Shown: piece after piece, positions 19,419 to 29,251 of the stretch
How positions within the stretch are numbered: the stretch's first letter is position 1
Layout: each line of letters opens with the position of its first letter
Assembly (NCBI GenBank): GCA_031441465.1
Contig: JANOEP010000047.1
Coordinates: 11,801-75,800 of the forward strand
DNA: 64,000 nucleotides
From: a bacterium
Lineage (GTDB): Bacteria; Krumholzibacteriota; Krumholzibacteriia; LZORAL124-64-63
Direction: 5' to 3'
The notes under the pieces: generated by a model
What the model was told of the DNA's origin: nothing
Databases searched by the model: none
What the model saw: only the letters and a program-made list of their open reading frames with translations
Translations under genes and position numbers: made by a program

Positions 19419-20648
19419 GTGAATGGCGCGGCAGCTGAGGAATCCCGTGCGAGATGTTCGATCCTGGAGGCGGCAGCCGTCGTCAGCCTGGCGGTTTTAC
19501 TGCAGGGCATGCTGATCTGGCAGTTCGTGCTTCCGGGTGCGCTTTCCGGATCCAGGAGTCTGATCGTCGGCTCGGTGGCGGCTGCGCTCAATCTCGCGGT
19601 GGCGGCCAGGTCGGGTTTGCGGGCATCACGGCGCACGATTTTCATGTCGTTGTGCCTGCTGGCTGCGGTCCTCGTGTTGTTCCTGTCCATGTTGCGTTTC
19701 GAGCCCTCGTCCTATGGGGTCTGGAAAACGCAGGGCTTCATCCTCTACGCAGTCATGCCTTCGATGGCGATCCTGTGGAACCACAGGAATCGCCCGGCCC
19801 GCACTCTTCTCCTCTACAAATGTTTGCTGATTCTGTCCGTCGTTCCCCTGTTCCTGCCGCTTCTGCTGCAGCAGGCCTCCGGAACGGCTTCCATGAGGTG
19901 GCTGCTGCTGCATTTCGAATTCGACATCATCGGCATCAGCCGATCCCTGGGTGTCGGCGGCCTGATCGCCTCGACGATGGCCATGTCGGCGCGCCGATGG
20001 AACGCCGCAATGTTGTTGCTGTACCTGATCGTGCTCGTTATCGGGCAAATCGTGGTGGGAGAACGCGGGCCCTTGCTGGCGCTCATCTGCGGACTTGCCG
20101 TCTTGTGCTGGCCGCTGCTCAGCGATCGAAACTCTCCCCGCAGCAAGCGGATGATCCGCTTTGCCGGCACGGCGATCGTCTTCGTGTTCGGAGTCGTCGC
20201 GTTGAGCTTTCTCTTCGTTCAGCGCTCGAAAAGCGAGCACCAGGAATACAGGATGGACATCGCAAGACAGGGGTGGGTGGAACTCCAGTCCTCCCCGATT
20301 TGGGGCATCGGCACCGGTCATTTCAGGTACAACGAGGGTCCGCTGGGCACGCGCCAGTTCGTGCATAATCTCTTGGGCGAAGTGTTGGTTGAGACCGGAG
20401 TGGTCGGACTCTTGGTCTTCAGCACTTACTTCGTCGCCGGCTGGCGAGGATTGCGCAGGAGCGTGGGAAACCGGAACGCGCCGAAGCTCCTACGTCAGGG
20501 GGCCGCAGGTCTTTTCGTGTTCGCCGTGGTGTGCGCCATGGTAAGTGGCGATCTCACAACGAACTACCTTGTTTGGGTGTCACAGGCACTTCTGGTCGTC
20601 TCTTTCAGCGGCCAAGGCGCGATCGGTCCCCCGCAATCGAGGCGATGA
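19419..20648 (+). CDS. O-antigen ligase/Wzy_C family membrane protein
   Basis: Polytopic protein with ERGP, R..I...G..P.WGIG.G and HN...E..VETGVVG motifs. Confidence 0.8.
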   Translation: MNGAAAEESRARCSILEAAAVVSLAVLLQGMLIWQFVLPGALSGSRSLIVGSVAAALNLAVAARSGLRASRRTIFMSLCLLAAVLVLFLSMLRFEPSSYGVWKTQGFILYAVMPSMAILWNHRNRPARTLLLYKCLLILSVVPLFLPLLLQQASGTASMRWLLLHFEFDIIGISRSLGVGGLIASTMAMSARRWNAAMLLLYLIVLVIGQIVVGERGPLLALICGLAVLCWPLLSDRNSPRSKRMIRFAGTAIVFVFGVVALSFLFVQRSKSEHQEYRMDIARQGWVELQSSPIWGIGTGHFRYNEGPLGTRQFVHNLLGEVLVETGVVGLLVFSTYFVAGWRGLRRSVGNRNAPKLLRQGAAGLFVFAVVCAMVSGDLTTNYLVWVSQALLVVSFSGQGAIGPPQSRR

Positions 20649-22226
20649 TTGCTGACATCGACACGAATCGTCATCAATGCCGCCAGTCGGGGTCTTGCGA
20701 CGCTCGCCAATGCTGCGGTAGGCCTGATGCTGGTGCCGTATATGATCGGCCATTACGGTCGCGACGGCTATGGTCTCGTGTCGCTCGTCGTCGCCATGGT
20801 CGGCATGTCCGCGGTGGCGGATTTGGGCCTGCGAGGATCCCTGGGTCGATTTCTCTCTGAGCACGCGGCATTGCAGAATGTGGCGCGATTCAACGAGCAG
20901 GCCAGCAGCGCGTTGTCGATCTACCTGTTGATGGGGATCACGCTGGCCTCGACCTGTCTTGTCCTGTCGGCCGACATCGTCGACGCCCTGAATATCCCCG
21001 AACAGCTCACGCGCGAGGCGCTGTTCATCATCCGCTGCTACGGATCCCTCGGACTCCTGTTGACCTTCATTGCTGCGGCATTCGAGACGATGATCGCCAG
21101 CAGCAACCGATTCGACCTGATCAACAATATCCAGACCGGTGTGGGGTTGTTGAGAGGCGCTCTGATCGTCGGCGTCATCAGCTTGTCCGATTGGGGCATC
21201 ACGGGTTGGGCTTTGGCGATGTCCATGGCCCTGATCGTGAACCTGATGCTGCTGGGATTCACGGCTTGGCGCATCACGCCGGGTTTGCGTCTGCGCTTGT
21301 CCCTGGTCAGCCGCAAGGCCGTTATGGCACTGCTGTCCCTGGGCGGATATGTTTTCGCCCTGCAGTTGACGGCCTTGATCGGGATTCGGGTCGATCCGAT
21401 CATCCTGACTGCTGTGCTCGGAACCGCCGCGGTGACGCTTTACGCCCCGGCCGCCTCGCTTGCCAATGCCCTCCATCCACTGGTGGAGACGCTTTCACAT
21501 CAATTCTCGCCGCTGGCAACCGGATATCACGTCAGGGGAGACACGCGGCACCTCCAGGATCTGTTGCTGAGGGGAACGCGCTACACGCTGTTGATGGGGA
21601 TTCCCGTTTGTACGATCCTGGCGGTTTTTGCCGACAGGATATGTGCTGCCTGGTTGGGAACAACACTGGGAGCCGATGTGGCCACGGTGGCTAGTATGTT
21701 GATCCTATGGTCGGTGATCGACTTTTTCAACTATGCGGGTGGCGTCCATTACCCGACCCTACTGGGTATGAATCGGTTGCGATTCCTCGTCATGTTGGAA
21801 GTCCCCCTCGCCGTTCTTAACGTCGCCGGATCGATCCTGCTTGTGCGGTACTCACAACTCGGTGTCGTGGGCGTGATCGTGCCGACGGCGATCATCACAG
21901 CCGTCAGACGGCCGGTGACCGCCCTCTATACCGCCAAGGCCTGTGGTCTTTCCGGACAGGAATACTTCCGGGCTTCCTACCGACGCCCGTTGGTCGTGGC
22001 CATGATATTAGTGTTGGCTGCTCTCGGTCTCGACAATGTGGTGAATTCCACATCCCTCATCGCGCTGGTGTCGTGTGTGTTGCTCACGATCATGTTGTGG
22101 GTCGTTCTTTGTTGGGTGCTTGGCTTTGAAAAGAACGATCGCGTGGTTTTTGTGCAGATTGCCGGCCGATTCAAGTCGTACCTGAGACTCGGCGGCGGGG
22201 TTGCGCCCGGTGATAGACGCCGGTAG
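20649..22226 (+). CDS. Second Wzx-like flippase
   Basis: 525 aa, about 12-14 TMs, G..GYG...DLGL and D.IIL..VLG..AV..Y patterns. Confidence 0.82.
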   Translation: MLTSTRIVINAASRGLATLANAAVGLMLVPYMIGHYGRDGYGLVSLVVAMVGMSAVADLGLRGSLGRFLSEHAALQNVARFNEQASSALSIYLLMGITLASTCLVLSADIVDALNIPEQLTREALFIIRCYGSLGLLLTFIAAAFETMIASSNRFDLINNIQTGVGLLRGALIVGVISLSDWGITGWALAMSMALIVNLMLLGFTAWRITPGLRLRLSLVSRKAVMALLSLGGYVFALQLTALIGIRVDPIILTAVLGTAAVTLYAPAASLANALHPLVETLSHQFSPLATGYHVRGDTRHLQDLLLRGTRYTLLMGIPVCTILAVFADRICAAWLGTTLGADVATVASMLILWSVIDFFNYAGGVHYPTLLGMNRLRFLVMLEVPLAVLNVAGSILLVRYSQLGVVGVIVPTAIITAVRRPVTALYTAKACGLSGQEYFRASYRRPLVVAMILVLAALGLDNVVNSTSLIALVSCVLLTIMLWVVLCWVLGFEKNDRVVFVQIAGRFKSYLRLGGGVAPGDRRR

Positions 22227-22318
22227 CTTCCGGAAGTGGGGAGGCCACGAATACCCTTGCGGCCAACAATTCAACAATTGAACCAACGTCATCGGGGTCG
22301 GGTTGTGGAGGCCGCACC

Positions 22319-23590
22319 GTGAAATCAGTTCTGATCGTGTTCGAATCCGCGTTTCGGTTTTCATGGCAAGGATCGACATCCCGGATTTTGGATGTTTCAC
22401 GTGCGCTCTCAGGCCGTGGTTGGAGTTGCACCTTGTTGGCGGGGGCTGCCGATCGGATAACCCCAGGCGTGTCGCCGGAGAATGAATTCGTCGGGTCTGT
22501 GGTGCGGACGCCCTTTTCCGGCATCTACCCGCAACACCTGCGGGGCCGCCTGCCGCGCTGGATGTACCGTGAATACCTGTCATTGACGGGTCGGGGTCGT
22601 CGCGTCCGGGATCCCGATCGGGGATGGCCGGCCAGAGCATCGGATTGGTATACCGCGAATCGTCCGGACCGCCCTGATGTGGTGATCGGCATGACAACAG
22701 GGCATGTCGGGAGCCTGGTTGCCGCCCGTCGGATTGCCGACCACTTCGCTTCTCCGTTGGTGCTCGAGTTCCAGGATCCCTGTCCCTCTTTGGAAATGAA
22801 GACCCATGCGGCCGAACTCTCGGCATTGGTGCAGACGATCCAGGCGTCGGCCCTGATCCTGACGACGACGCGAAACATGGCCGAAGACATTGCCGTCCGT
22901 CACTCCATGAGCCGGGATCGGATCGTGCCCGTCTTCATGTCGTATGATGAGGCGAGGCACCCCACACAGCCCGACGATGGTGGACGGAATACCGTGATTC
23001 TGCACGCGGGAGCACTCGCCGGCGGCCAAGGCCGGAACGTCAGGATCGTCGTCGAAGCCCTGGCCAAGGTGATCGCCCGAAATCCGGAATACGAGGAGCG
23101 TTTAGGGCTCGACCTCCTGGGTGCCGGCATTGGTGGAGCGGAGGCCATACAGCTCGCCAGGGAACTGGGGATCGGCCGGGTCGTCCGCCTGCTGCCGGAA
23201 GAGCCCAGAGACGACGCCCTAGCCAGGATGTCGCGTTCTGGGATCCTGCTCCTGGTCAAGTACGCCGATCCCAAGTACTCATCTCAGATTCCCGGAAAAT
23301 TGTTTCAATATCTTGGTCGAGGATTGCCGATCCTGGGAGTCATGCCGGTGAAGAGCGAGGCTGCGGATATTCTGCAGCAATCCGGCCTCGGTGCCGTTTT
23401 CGACAATCAAGACCTCGATGGAATCACAGATTTCATCAGCGAATTTGCGATGGACGCCGAAAGGCTGTCCGCGAGATACACGCCCAACTGGGATTATATC
23501 CAGCAGTTCTCGCTCGCATCTCTCGGCAGGCAACTGAATGGCCTCTTGTCGGACGTATGCCGAGATTTCACGGATCTGCACACAACTTGA
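22319..23590 (+). CDS. Glycosyltransferase (GT-B, family 4-like)
   Basis: EFQDP, HAGAL and IPGKLFQYL...PIL motifs. Confidence 0.78.
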   Translation: MKSVLIVFESAFRFSWQGSTSRILDVSRALSGRGWSCTLLAGAADRITPGVSPENEFVGSVVRTPFSGIYPQHLRGRLPRWMYREYLSLTGRGRRVRDPDRGWPARASDWYTANRPDRPDVVIGMTTGHVGSLVAARRIADHFASPLVLEFQDPCPSLEMKTHAAELSALVQTIQASALILTTTRNMAEDIAVRHSMSRDRIVPVFMSYDEARHPTQPDDGGRNTVILHAGALAGGQGRNVRIVVEALAKVIARNPEYEERLGLDLLGAGIGGAEAIQLARELGIGRVVRLLPEEPRDDALARMSRSGILLLVKYADPKYSSQIPGKLFQYLGRGLPILGVMPVKSEAADILQQSGLGAVFDNQDLDGITDFISEFAMDAERLSARYTPNWDYIQQFSLASLGRQLNGLLSDVCRDFTDLHTT

Positions 23591-23676
23591 GTGCCGGCGC
23601 TGGTCGAGGTTGCAATCGTGGCCCGGACGCCGGAAGGTCGCCGGGGGCGGGTATTCACCAGGATACAGGTGATGAA

Positions 23677-24858
23677 ATGGATGCTCGGCGCAGGTTTCGA
23701 ATTCTGCAAGTCGGCGCCTTGTCGCTCTGGAAGGACCGGGGCGACTCCCTGCATGCGCGGGAGCTTGCCTTTGCGCTTCGCGAGGTGGGCGTAGAGCCGA
23801 TCCTGTTGAACCTCCCCGGGCCGAAGGCTCCTGCCGACAGCGAGTTGCACGAAGTCCGCGCCCCTGTCATCGCCATCAGGTTTCTCCGCCAACTCAGCTG
23901 GAACGTGACCGGCACCATCGCGGGGATTGCAGCCGTGCGCCGCTTCGACCCGGATGTGGTGTATTCGCGCATGGAACCCGGGATCTTCGTGGGGCTATTG
24001 GTGTCTCTGATCAGCGGCCGCCCCCTGATCGTCGAAATCAACGGATTGCCAACCGCCGACGTTCGACTCTACCGGCCGAACAATGCGGCGCTGATCGGTC
24101 TGACCCGCATTTGGGAAAAAACCATGTACGGCAGGGCCAACAGGGTCCTGGGGGCTGTCGGCTATATCCGTTTCGTTCAGGACCATTTCGGTGTAACCGA
24201 GAACAAGTGCATCGAAGCGCCGCTCGGGGTGAATACGTCGGTATTCACACCACTTGAGCGGCTGGAGTGTCTGGCGAAGCAAGGCCGCGAGGATGTGCCG
24301 ACGGTGGTATGGGCCGGCGTCATCTCCGCGTGGCAGGGGCTCGCGGTTCTGGTCGACGCCGTCGAAATCGTTGCCGATGGCTGTCCTGCTGTTCAATTCG
24401 TCGTTGTGGGCGGCGGCATCACCGAGGGATGGTTGAGGGATGAGATCGAGCGGGGTGGTCACGCAAGCAAGGTGTCACTCGTGGGTCAAAAACCCTACGG
24501 TGAAGTCAACGAGTACTTGGGTTGCGCCACGGTCTGCATCGCCACCTTTCCGGGCAACAGAGGCGATCAGGGCACCATCTCGTCACTGAAGACATTGACC
24601 TATCTCGCCTCGGGGCGGCCTGTGGTGACCAACGAAATGGACGAGATGGGCCAGCAAATCCAGGATGTGGGCGCGGGATTGATGGTGCCGCCCGACGATG
24701 CTCCGTCCCTCGCGGCGGCGATCCTGACGATACTGGGCGAGGACCATTCCACCTGGCGCGATCGTTGTGCTGCGTCCCAGCAGTTGGCGGAAAGTCAGAC
24801 CTGGCGCCACAAGGCGGAAATCATCGCAGGCTGTCTCGGTGATATTTCCGGACCTTGA
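23677..24858 (+). CDS. Glycosyltransferase family 4
   Basis: EING, WQGL and SSLK..YLASGRPVV motifs. ATG at 23677 chosen by spacing. Confidence 0.82.
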   Translation: MDARRRFRILQVGALSLWKDRGDSLHARELAFALREVGVEPILLNLPGPKAPADSELHEVRAPVIAIRFLRQLSWNVTGTIAGIAAVRRFDPDVVYSRMEPGIFVGLLVSLISGRPLIVEINGLPTADVRLYRPNNAALIGLTRIWEKTMYGRANRVLGAVGYIRFVQDHFGVTENKCIEAPLGVNTSVFTPLERLECLAKQGREDVPTVVWAGVISAWQGLAVLVDAVEIVADGCPAVQFVVVGGGITEGWLRDEIERGGHASKVSLVGQKPYGEVNEYLGCATVCIATFPGNRGDQGTISSLKTLTYLASGRPVVTNEMDEMGQQIQDVGAGLMVPPDDAPSLAAAILTILGEDHSTWRDRCAASQQLAESQTWRHKAEIIAGCLGDISGP

Positions 24859-24919
24859 GATCCACGATCGATGGTCGGATGTAAGGCGATGGACTTGAAA
24901 AGGGGCAGGGGTCCGGAAA

Positions 24920-26020
24920 TTGAGAATACTCCAATTCAAGACCAGCGCCAGCCGGGGAGGCGCCGAGACGATGCTGCTGAGCTTGACCAGCGGTCTGGTT
25001 GTTCGCGGTCATGAGGTTGTGACGGTACTCGGGGAAAAGGGCTGGCTCGAGGGTCAGCTGGCGGCTAGAGGGTTGCCCTGTTCACGGCTTCCGCTGGTCA
25101 CATGGCGGGGACTTGCGGCGCTGCCCCGAATGATCGGCCTGATTCGCTCGTGGCGGCCCGATATTGTCCTCTCTCATGGCGCCCGCGTCAATATGTACGC
25201 AGCCATTGCCGCCGACATCGCCGGCGTGCCCAGTGTTGCGGTCGAGCACAATATCGATGGCTGGCGTGCGACTTCATCGTTCTACAACTTCATCGATAAG
25301 GCAGTGGCCAGGAAAAATGCGGGCAGGATTGCCGTCAGCAATGCCGTGCGCGTCATGCTGATCGAGAAAGGCATCCTTGATGGCGAACGCGTCATCGTCG
25401 TGCAAAACGGGGTGGAGTTCGCTGAAGGCGGCGCCACGCTGTCCCGTTCTGATCTGAGGAGGCGATTTTCATTCCCGGAAGATTCCCTGGTTGTGATCAC
25501 GGTCGCCAGACTCTCGCCCCAGAAGGGACATCGTGTGCTCATGGAATCTTTGGTGATGCTGTCTGGTCGCCATCCGTCCTTGCGGTGTCTGTTCCTTGGT
25601 GACGGCGAACTGAGGTCGCAACTGGAGGCGACGGCGCACGATATGGGAATCGAGAAGACGATCGTGTTCGCCGGCGCCGTCGATGACGTGATGGCGATGC
25701 TGCCGGTCTGTGATATTTTCGTGCTGCCCTCGCTCTGGGAGGGACTGCCGCTCGCCCTCATCGAGGCCATGGGCATGGGACTACCCGTCGTCGCCACGGA
25801 AGTTGCCGGCACACCGGAGGTCGTCAACAGTGGAATGACGGGACTGCTGGTGCGACCCGGGGACGCGGCCATGCTGGCGACGGCGATCGATCGACTGATC
25901 TTGGACGAGCCCCTTCGCCGCTCGCTGGCGGAGGCGGGACGGCGACATGTCCGCATCAATTTCGGCATGGCGAATGTCCTGGATGGTTACGAATCGGCGC
26001 TCGATCGGTGGCGACGATGA
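24920..26020 (+). CDS. Glycosyltransferase family 4
   Basis: GGAE, VARL.PQKGH and PSLWEGLPLALIEAMG motifs. Confidence 0.9.
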   Translation: MRILQFKTSASRGGAETMLLSLTSGLVVRGHEVVTVLGEKGWLEGQLAARGLPCSRLPLVTWRGLAALPRMIGLIRSWRPDIVLSHGARVNMYAAIAADIAGVPSVAVEHNIDGWRATSSFYNFIDKAVARKNAGRIAVSNAVRVMLIEKGILDGERVIVVQNGVEFAEGGATLSRSDLRRRFSFPEDSLVVITVARLSPQKGHRVLMESLVMLSGRHPSLRCLFLGDGELRSQLEATAHDMGIEKTIVFAGAVDDVMAMLPVCDIFVLPSLWEGLPLALIEAMGMGLPVVATEVAGTPEVVNSGMTGLLVRPGDAAMLATAIDRLILDEPLRRSLAEAGRRHVRINFGMANVLDGYESALDRWRR

Positions 26021-27174
26021 AGGGAAATATCTGCCACGTCGTCGGCAACTCCAGCTTCGGCGGGGGTTCGATGATCGTCCTCGCCCTGGCCAAAAGGGCG
26101 GCATCAGAGGGCCTGCGCGTGCACGTGGTCGCGACCGACCGGGAATTCATCCGGCAGCTCACGGCGGCCGGCATCGAGGCTGTGCCGCTCGACTGCATCG
26201 AGCGATCGGTCAATCCGTATCGTGACGTTCGCGGCGCCTACTTGCTGTACAGGCACTTCAAGGCGGCCAAATACGATCTCGTCCACACGCATACGACAAA
26301 GGCCGGGATGATCGGTCGGTTCGCGGCGACGGCGGCGAAAGTTCCTCATGTGGTCCACACGGTTCATGGTTTTGCGTTCCACGAAGAAAGCGGCAAGACG
26401 GCGACGAAAATCATCGCGGCGTTGGAGCGCATCGCTGCGGGCTGGTGCCACCGGATCGTATGCGTCAGTCGGTTCCACCGCGAATGGGCGTTGCGGCTGC
26501 ATATCGCCGCAGCGGACAAGATCGTGGCCATCCCCAACGGGATCAACGCGCCGACGGTCGCGCCCGACTTCGACAGGGCGTCGTTCCGGCGCTCATTGGG
26601 CGTGGATGAAGGCGACCTGCTCGTCGTCGGTGTCGGCCGACTCGCGCCGCAGAAGGGATTCACCCATCTGATCGACGCCGCCGCCAAACTCGGAGACATC
26701 GGAGCATCCTGCCGATTCCTGGTGGCCGGCGAAGGGCCGCAGCGGAGTCATCTGGAGCGAAAAATCGTCGAAGTCGGTCTGACGGGGCGATTCGGATTGC
26801 TCGGCTATTGCGGGGACGTGGGAAGCCTGTATCTGGCCGCAGACATCATCGTCCAGCCGAGCCTATGGGAGGGATTGTCGATTTCGCTGCTTGAAGCCAT
26901 GTCACTGGGCAGGCCCATCGTCACCACCGATATCAGCAGCAACCGCGAAGTCGTCGGCGAATCAGGATCGGTCGTGCTGGTGCCGGCGGGGGATTCTGAC
27001 GCACTCGCCACGGCGATCCGTGATCTGATCGCGGACGTTGAGCGCTGTGTGACGATTTCGCAGATCGCCAAGACCGTCTATCAGGATGGGTACACCGAGG
27101 CCGGGATGACGAACACGTACCTGGATCTGTACCGGGAGATGCTGCTCGGGAGGGAAGGGGCGAACCGTGGCTGA
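26017..27174 (+). CDS. Glycosyltransferase family 4
   Basis: HTHTTKAG, HTVHGF, GRLAPQKG and WEGLSISLLEAMS motifs. Confidence 0.9.
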   Translation: MKGNICHVVGNSSFGGGSMIVLALAKRAASEGLRVHVVATDREFIRQLTAAGIEAVPLDCIERSVNPYRDVRGAYLLYRHFKAAKYDLVHTHTTKAGMIGRFAATAAKVPHVVHTVHGFAFHEESGKTATKIIAALERIAAGWCHRIVCVSRFHREWALRLHIAAADKIVAIPNGINAPTVAPDFDRASFRRSLGVDEGDLLVVGVGRLAPQKGFTHLIDAAAKLGDIGASCRFLVAGEGPQRSHLERKIVEVGLTGRFGLLGYCGDVGSLYLAADIIVQPSLWEGLSISLLEAMSLGRPIVTTDISSNREVVGESGSVVLVPAGDSDALATAIRDLIADVERCVTISQIAKTVYQDGYTEAGMTNTYLDLYREMLLGREGANRG

Positions 27175-27787
27175 CGTGGTTGTCGGCGTGCGTCCAGCCG
27201 AACGGAGCGACATCGATTCCATCGTCGCCGTTCACCAGCGGGCGTTTCCCGACTTTTACATGACGCGCATGGGGTCCGCGTTTCTCCGCACATATTATCG
27301 GACGGTGCTGACGTGTGAGGGCGGACAGCTGTTCGTGGCAGAGACGGAAGGCCGGTGTCTCGGTTTCGTCGCGGGATCCCTGAACCCGGCTCGGTTCTAC
27401 GCGTTCATGTCGCAAAGGAAAGCATCGTTCATCTGGCCTGCTTTCCTGGGAATCATCAGGCGTCCGTCGTTGATCGGTCGCACGCTGTTCAACCGCAACC
27501 GGGTGAAGTCGGCCAGCCATGCCCGAGAAGCGGATACGAACACGGCGGAATTGTCCTCCATAGGAGTGGATCCGCTCGCGGCTTCCCGAGGGGTGGGTGG
27601 TGATCTGCTGAGGGCGTTCATGGAGAGTGCCCTCGCGGGAGGTTCGGATTGCATCAGCCTGACGACGGATGCTCGCGATAACCAGAGGGTCAATTCATTC
27701 TATCTCAAACACGGATTCAGCCTCGTCGCCCGGTTCGTATCCGATTCGGATCGCGAAATGAATGAGTATCGATTAAGGCTGAATTGA
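27167..27787 (+). CDS. GNAT family N-acetyltransferase
   Basis: ELSSIGVDP..RGVG motif A and N..VNSFYLKHGF motif B. Confidence 0.85.
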   Translation: MADVVVGVRPAERSDIDSIVAVHQRAFPDFYMTRMGSAFLRTYYRTVLTCEGGQLFVAETEGRCLGFVAGSLNPARFYAFMSQRKASFIWPAFLGIIRRPSLIGRTLFNRNRVKSASHAREADTNTAELSSIGVDPLAASRGVGGDLLRAFMESALAGGSDCISLTTDARDNQRVNSFYLKHGFSLVARFVSDSDREMNEYRLRLN

Positions 27788-27789
27788 TC

Positions 27790-28953
27790 CTACCCGGTTG
27801 ATCCGGTGACCGACAGGATGTCGCGGACCGCATCGATCACATCCCGCACGTCGGCATCGAGTAATCCCGGATGCAACGGCAAACTGATCTCCCGCTCCGT
27901 GCAGTCCATCGCCACCGGAAAATCCTCCGGCCGGTAGCCGTACCGTTCCCGGTAGTACGTGAAGGTGTGTATGGGAATGAAGTGCACGCTGGTGCCGATG
28001 TTCTTGGCCCGCAGTTCCTCGATAAACCGGTCGCGCGGAATCGCCACCCTGTCGGCGATCAATCTCAGCGGATAGAGGTGCCAGGCGTGCTGGACGTCGC
28101 TCCGCTCGGTGGGCAGTTCGAAGACGCCCATCTCAGCGAAGGCCTCGTTGTACAGCCGGACGATCTCCCGCCTGCGCGCGTGCATCGCCTCGAGCCGCCG
28201 CAGCTGCTGCAGCCCGATCGCGGCCTGGATGTCGGTCATGTTGTATTTGAACCCCGGCGTGACGATGTCGTAGCGCCAGCTACCGAAGCGGTCGTTGCGC
28301 TTCCAGGCGTCGCGGTCCATGCCGTGAAGGCTGACGACGATGCCGCGATTGATCATCTCCTGCGCGCCCGTCAGCATGCCCCCCTCGGCGGTGGTCAGGT
28401 TTTTTGTGGCATAGAAAGAAAAGGCGACGGGATTCTCCCAGGAACCGATGAACCTGCCCTTGTACTTGGCGGGGACGGCGTGGGCTGCGTCTTCGATCAG
28501 GAGCAGCCCGTGCTCCTCGCAGATCGCCCGCAAAGCGTCCAGTTCGCAGGGATGGCCGCCGTAATGCACGGCGATGATGGCGCGCGTGCGCGGCGTCACG
28601 GCGGCGCGGACCTGGGCGGGATCGATGTTCATGGTGTCGGGCTCGACGTCCACCAGGATCGGGCGGGCGCCCGTGTGCTCGATGACCGCGACGGTGGCGG
28701 TGAACGTGACCGGGGTTGTTATAACTTCGTCATTCGTGCCGATACCGGCCAGAACGAGGGCAGTGTGCAAGGCCGCTGTGCAGGAGCTCAGGGCCAGGGC
28801 GGCCGGCGCACCCACGTAATCCCGGAATTCCTGTTCGAAGCGCTTGGTTTTCGGACCGGTGGTGATCCATCCGGAGCGGAGACTGTCGACGACTTCGGCA
28901 ATCTCCTCTTCACCCAGATAAGGTGGCGAAAAGGGCAGGAACTGTTCACGCAT
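27790..28953 (-). CDS. DegT/DnrJ/EryC1/StrS PLP-dependent sugar aminotransferase
   Basis: SGWITTGPK, EDAAHA, SFYATKNLTTAEGG (PLP Lys) and GFKYNMTDIQAA motifs. Confidence 0.93.
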   Translation of the reverse strand: MREQFLPFSPPYLGEEEIAEVVDSLRSGWITTGPKTKRFEQEFRDYVGAPAALALSSCTAALHTALVLAGIGTNDEVITTPVTFTATVAVIEHTGARPILVDVEPDTMNIDPAQVRAAVTPRTRAIIAVHYGGHPCELDALRAICEEHGLLLIEDAAHAVPAKYKGRFIGSWENPVAFSFYATKNLTTAEGGMLTGAQEMINRGIVVSLHGMDRDAWKRNDRFGSWRYDIVTPGFKYNMTDIQAAIGLQQLRRLEAMHARRREIVRLYNEAFAEMGVFELPTERSDVQHAWHLYPLRLIADRVAIPRDRFIEELRAKNIGTSVHFIPIHTFTYYRERYGYRPEDFPVAMDCTEREISLPLHPGLLDADVRDVIDAVRDILSVTGSTG

Positions 28954-29251
28954 CGGCTAGTCCTTGAATGCCGGATGTCGGATGTGTTGCGGTCACATCA
29001 GTGACTGCAATACCGCTACGATACACTTGATGTGGCGGTTGTCCAGATCTTGGTCTCGATCCTGCATCGACAATAATCTCGACAGGTTGAGTTCAAGATC
29101 CTATCGTACGGGCCGGAGGGACCCGTCAGGGTCGCTCGACGGCGTTTTTCACGGAAGTTCGGCTTGGAACGCCTCGACGCCCTTCTTGCCCGGCACATGT
29201 GACGTGTGCCCCCATGGCACCGCTGACGGATGCGGGTGCCCGGAGGGGACG

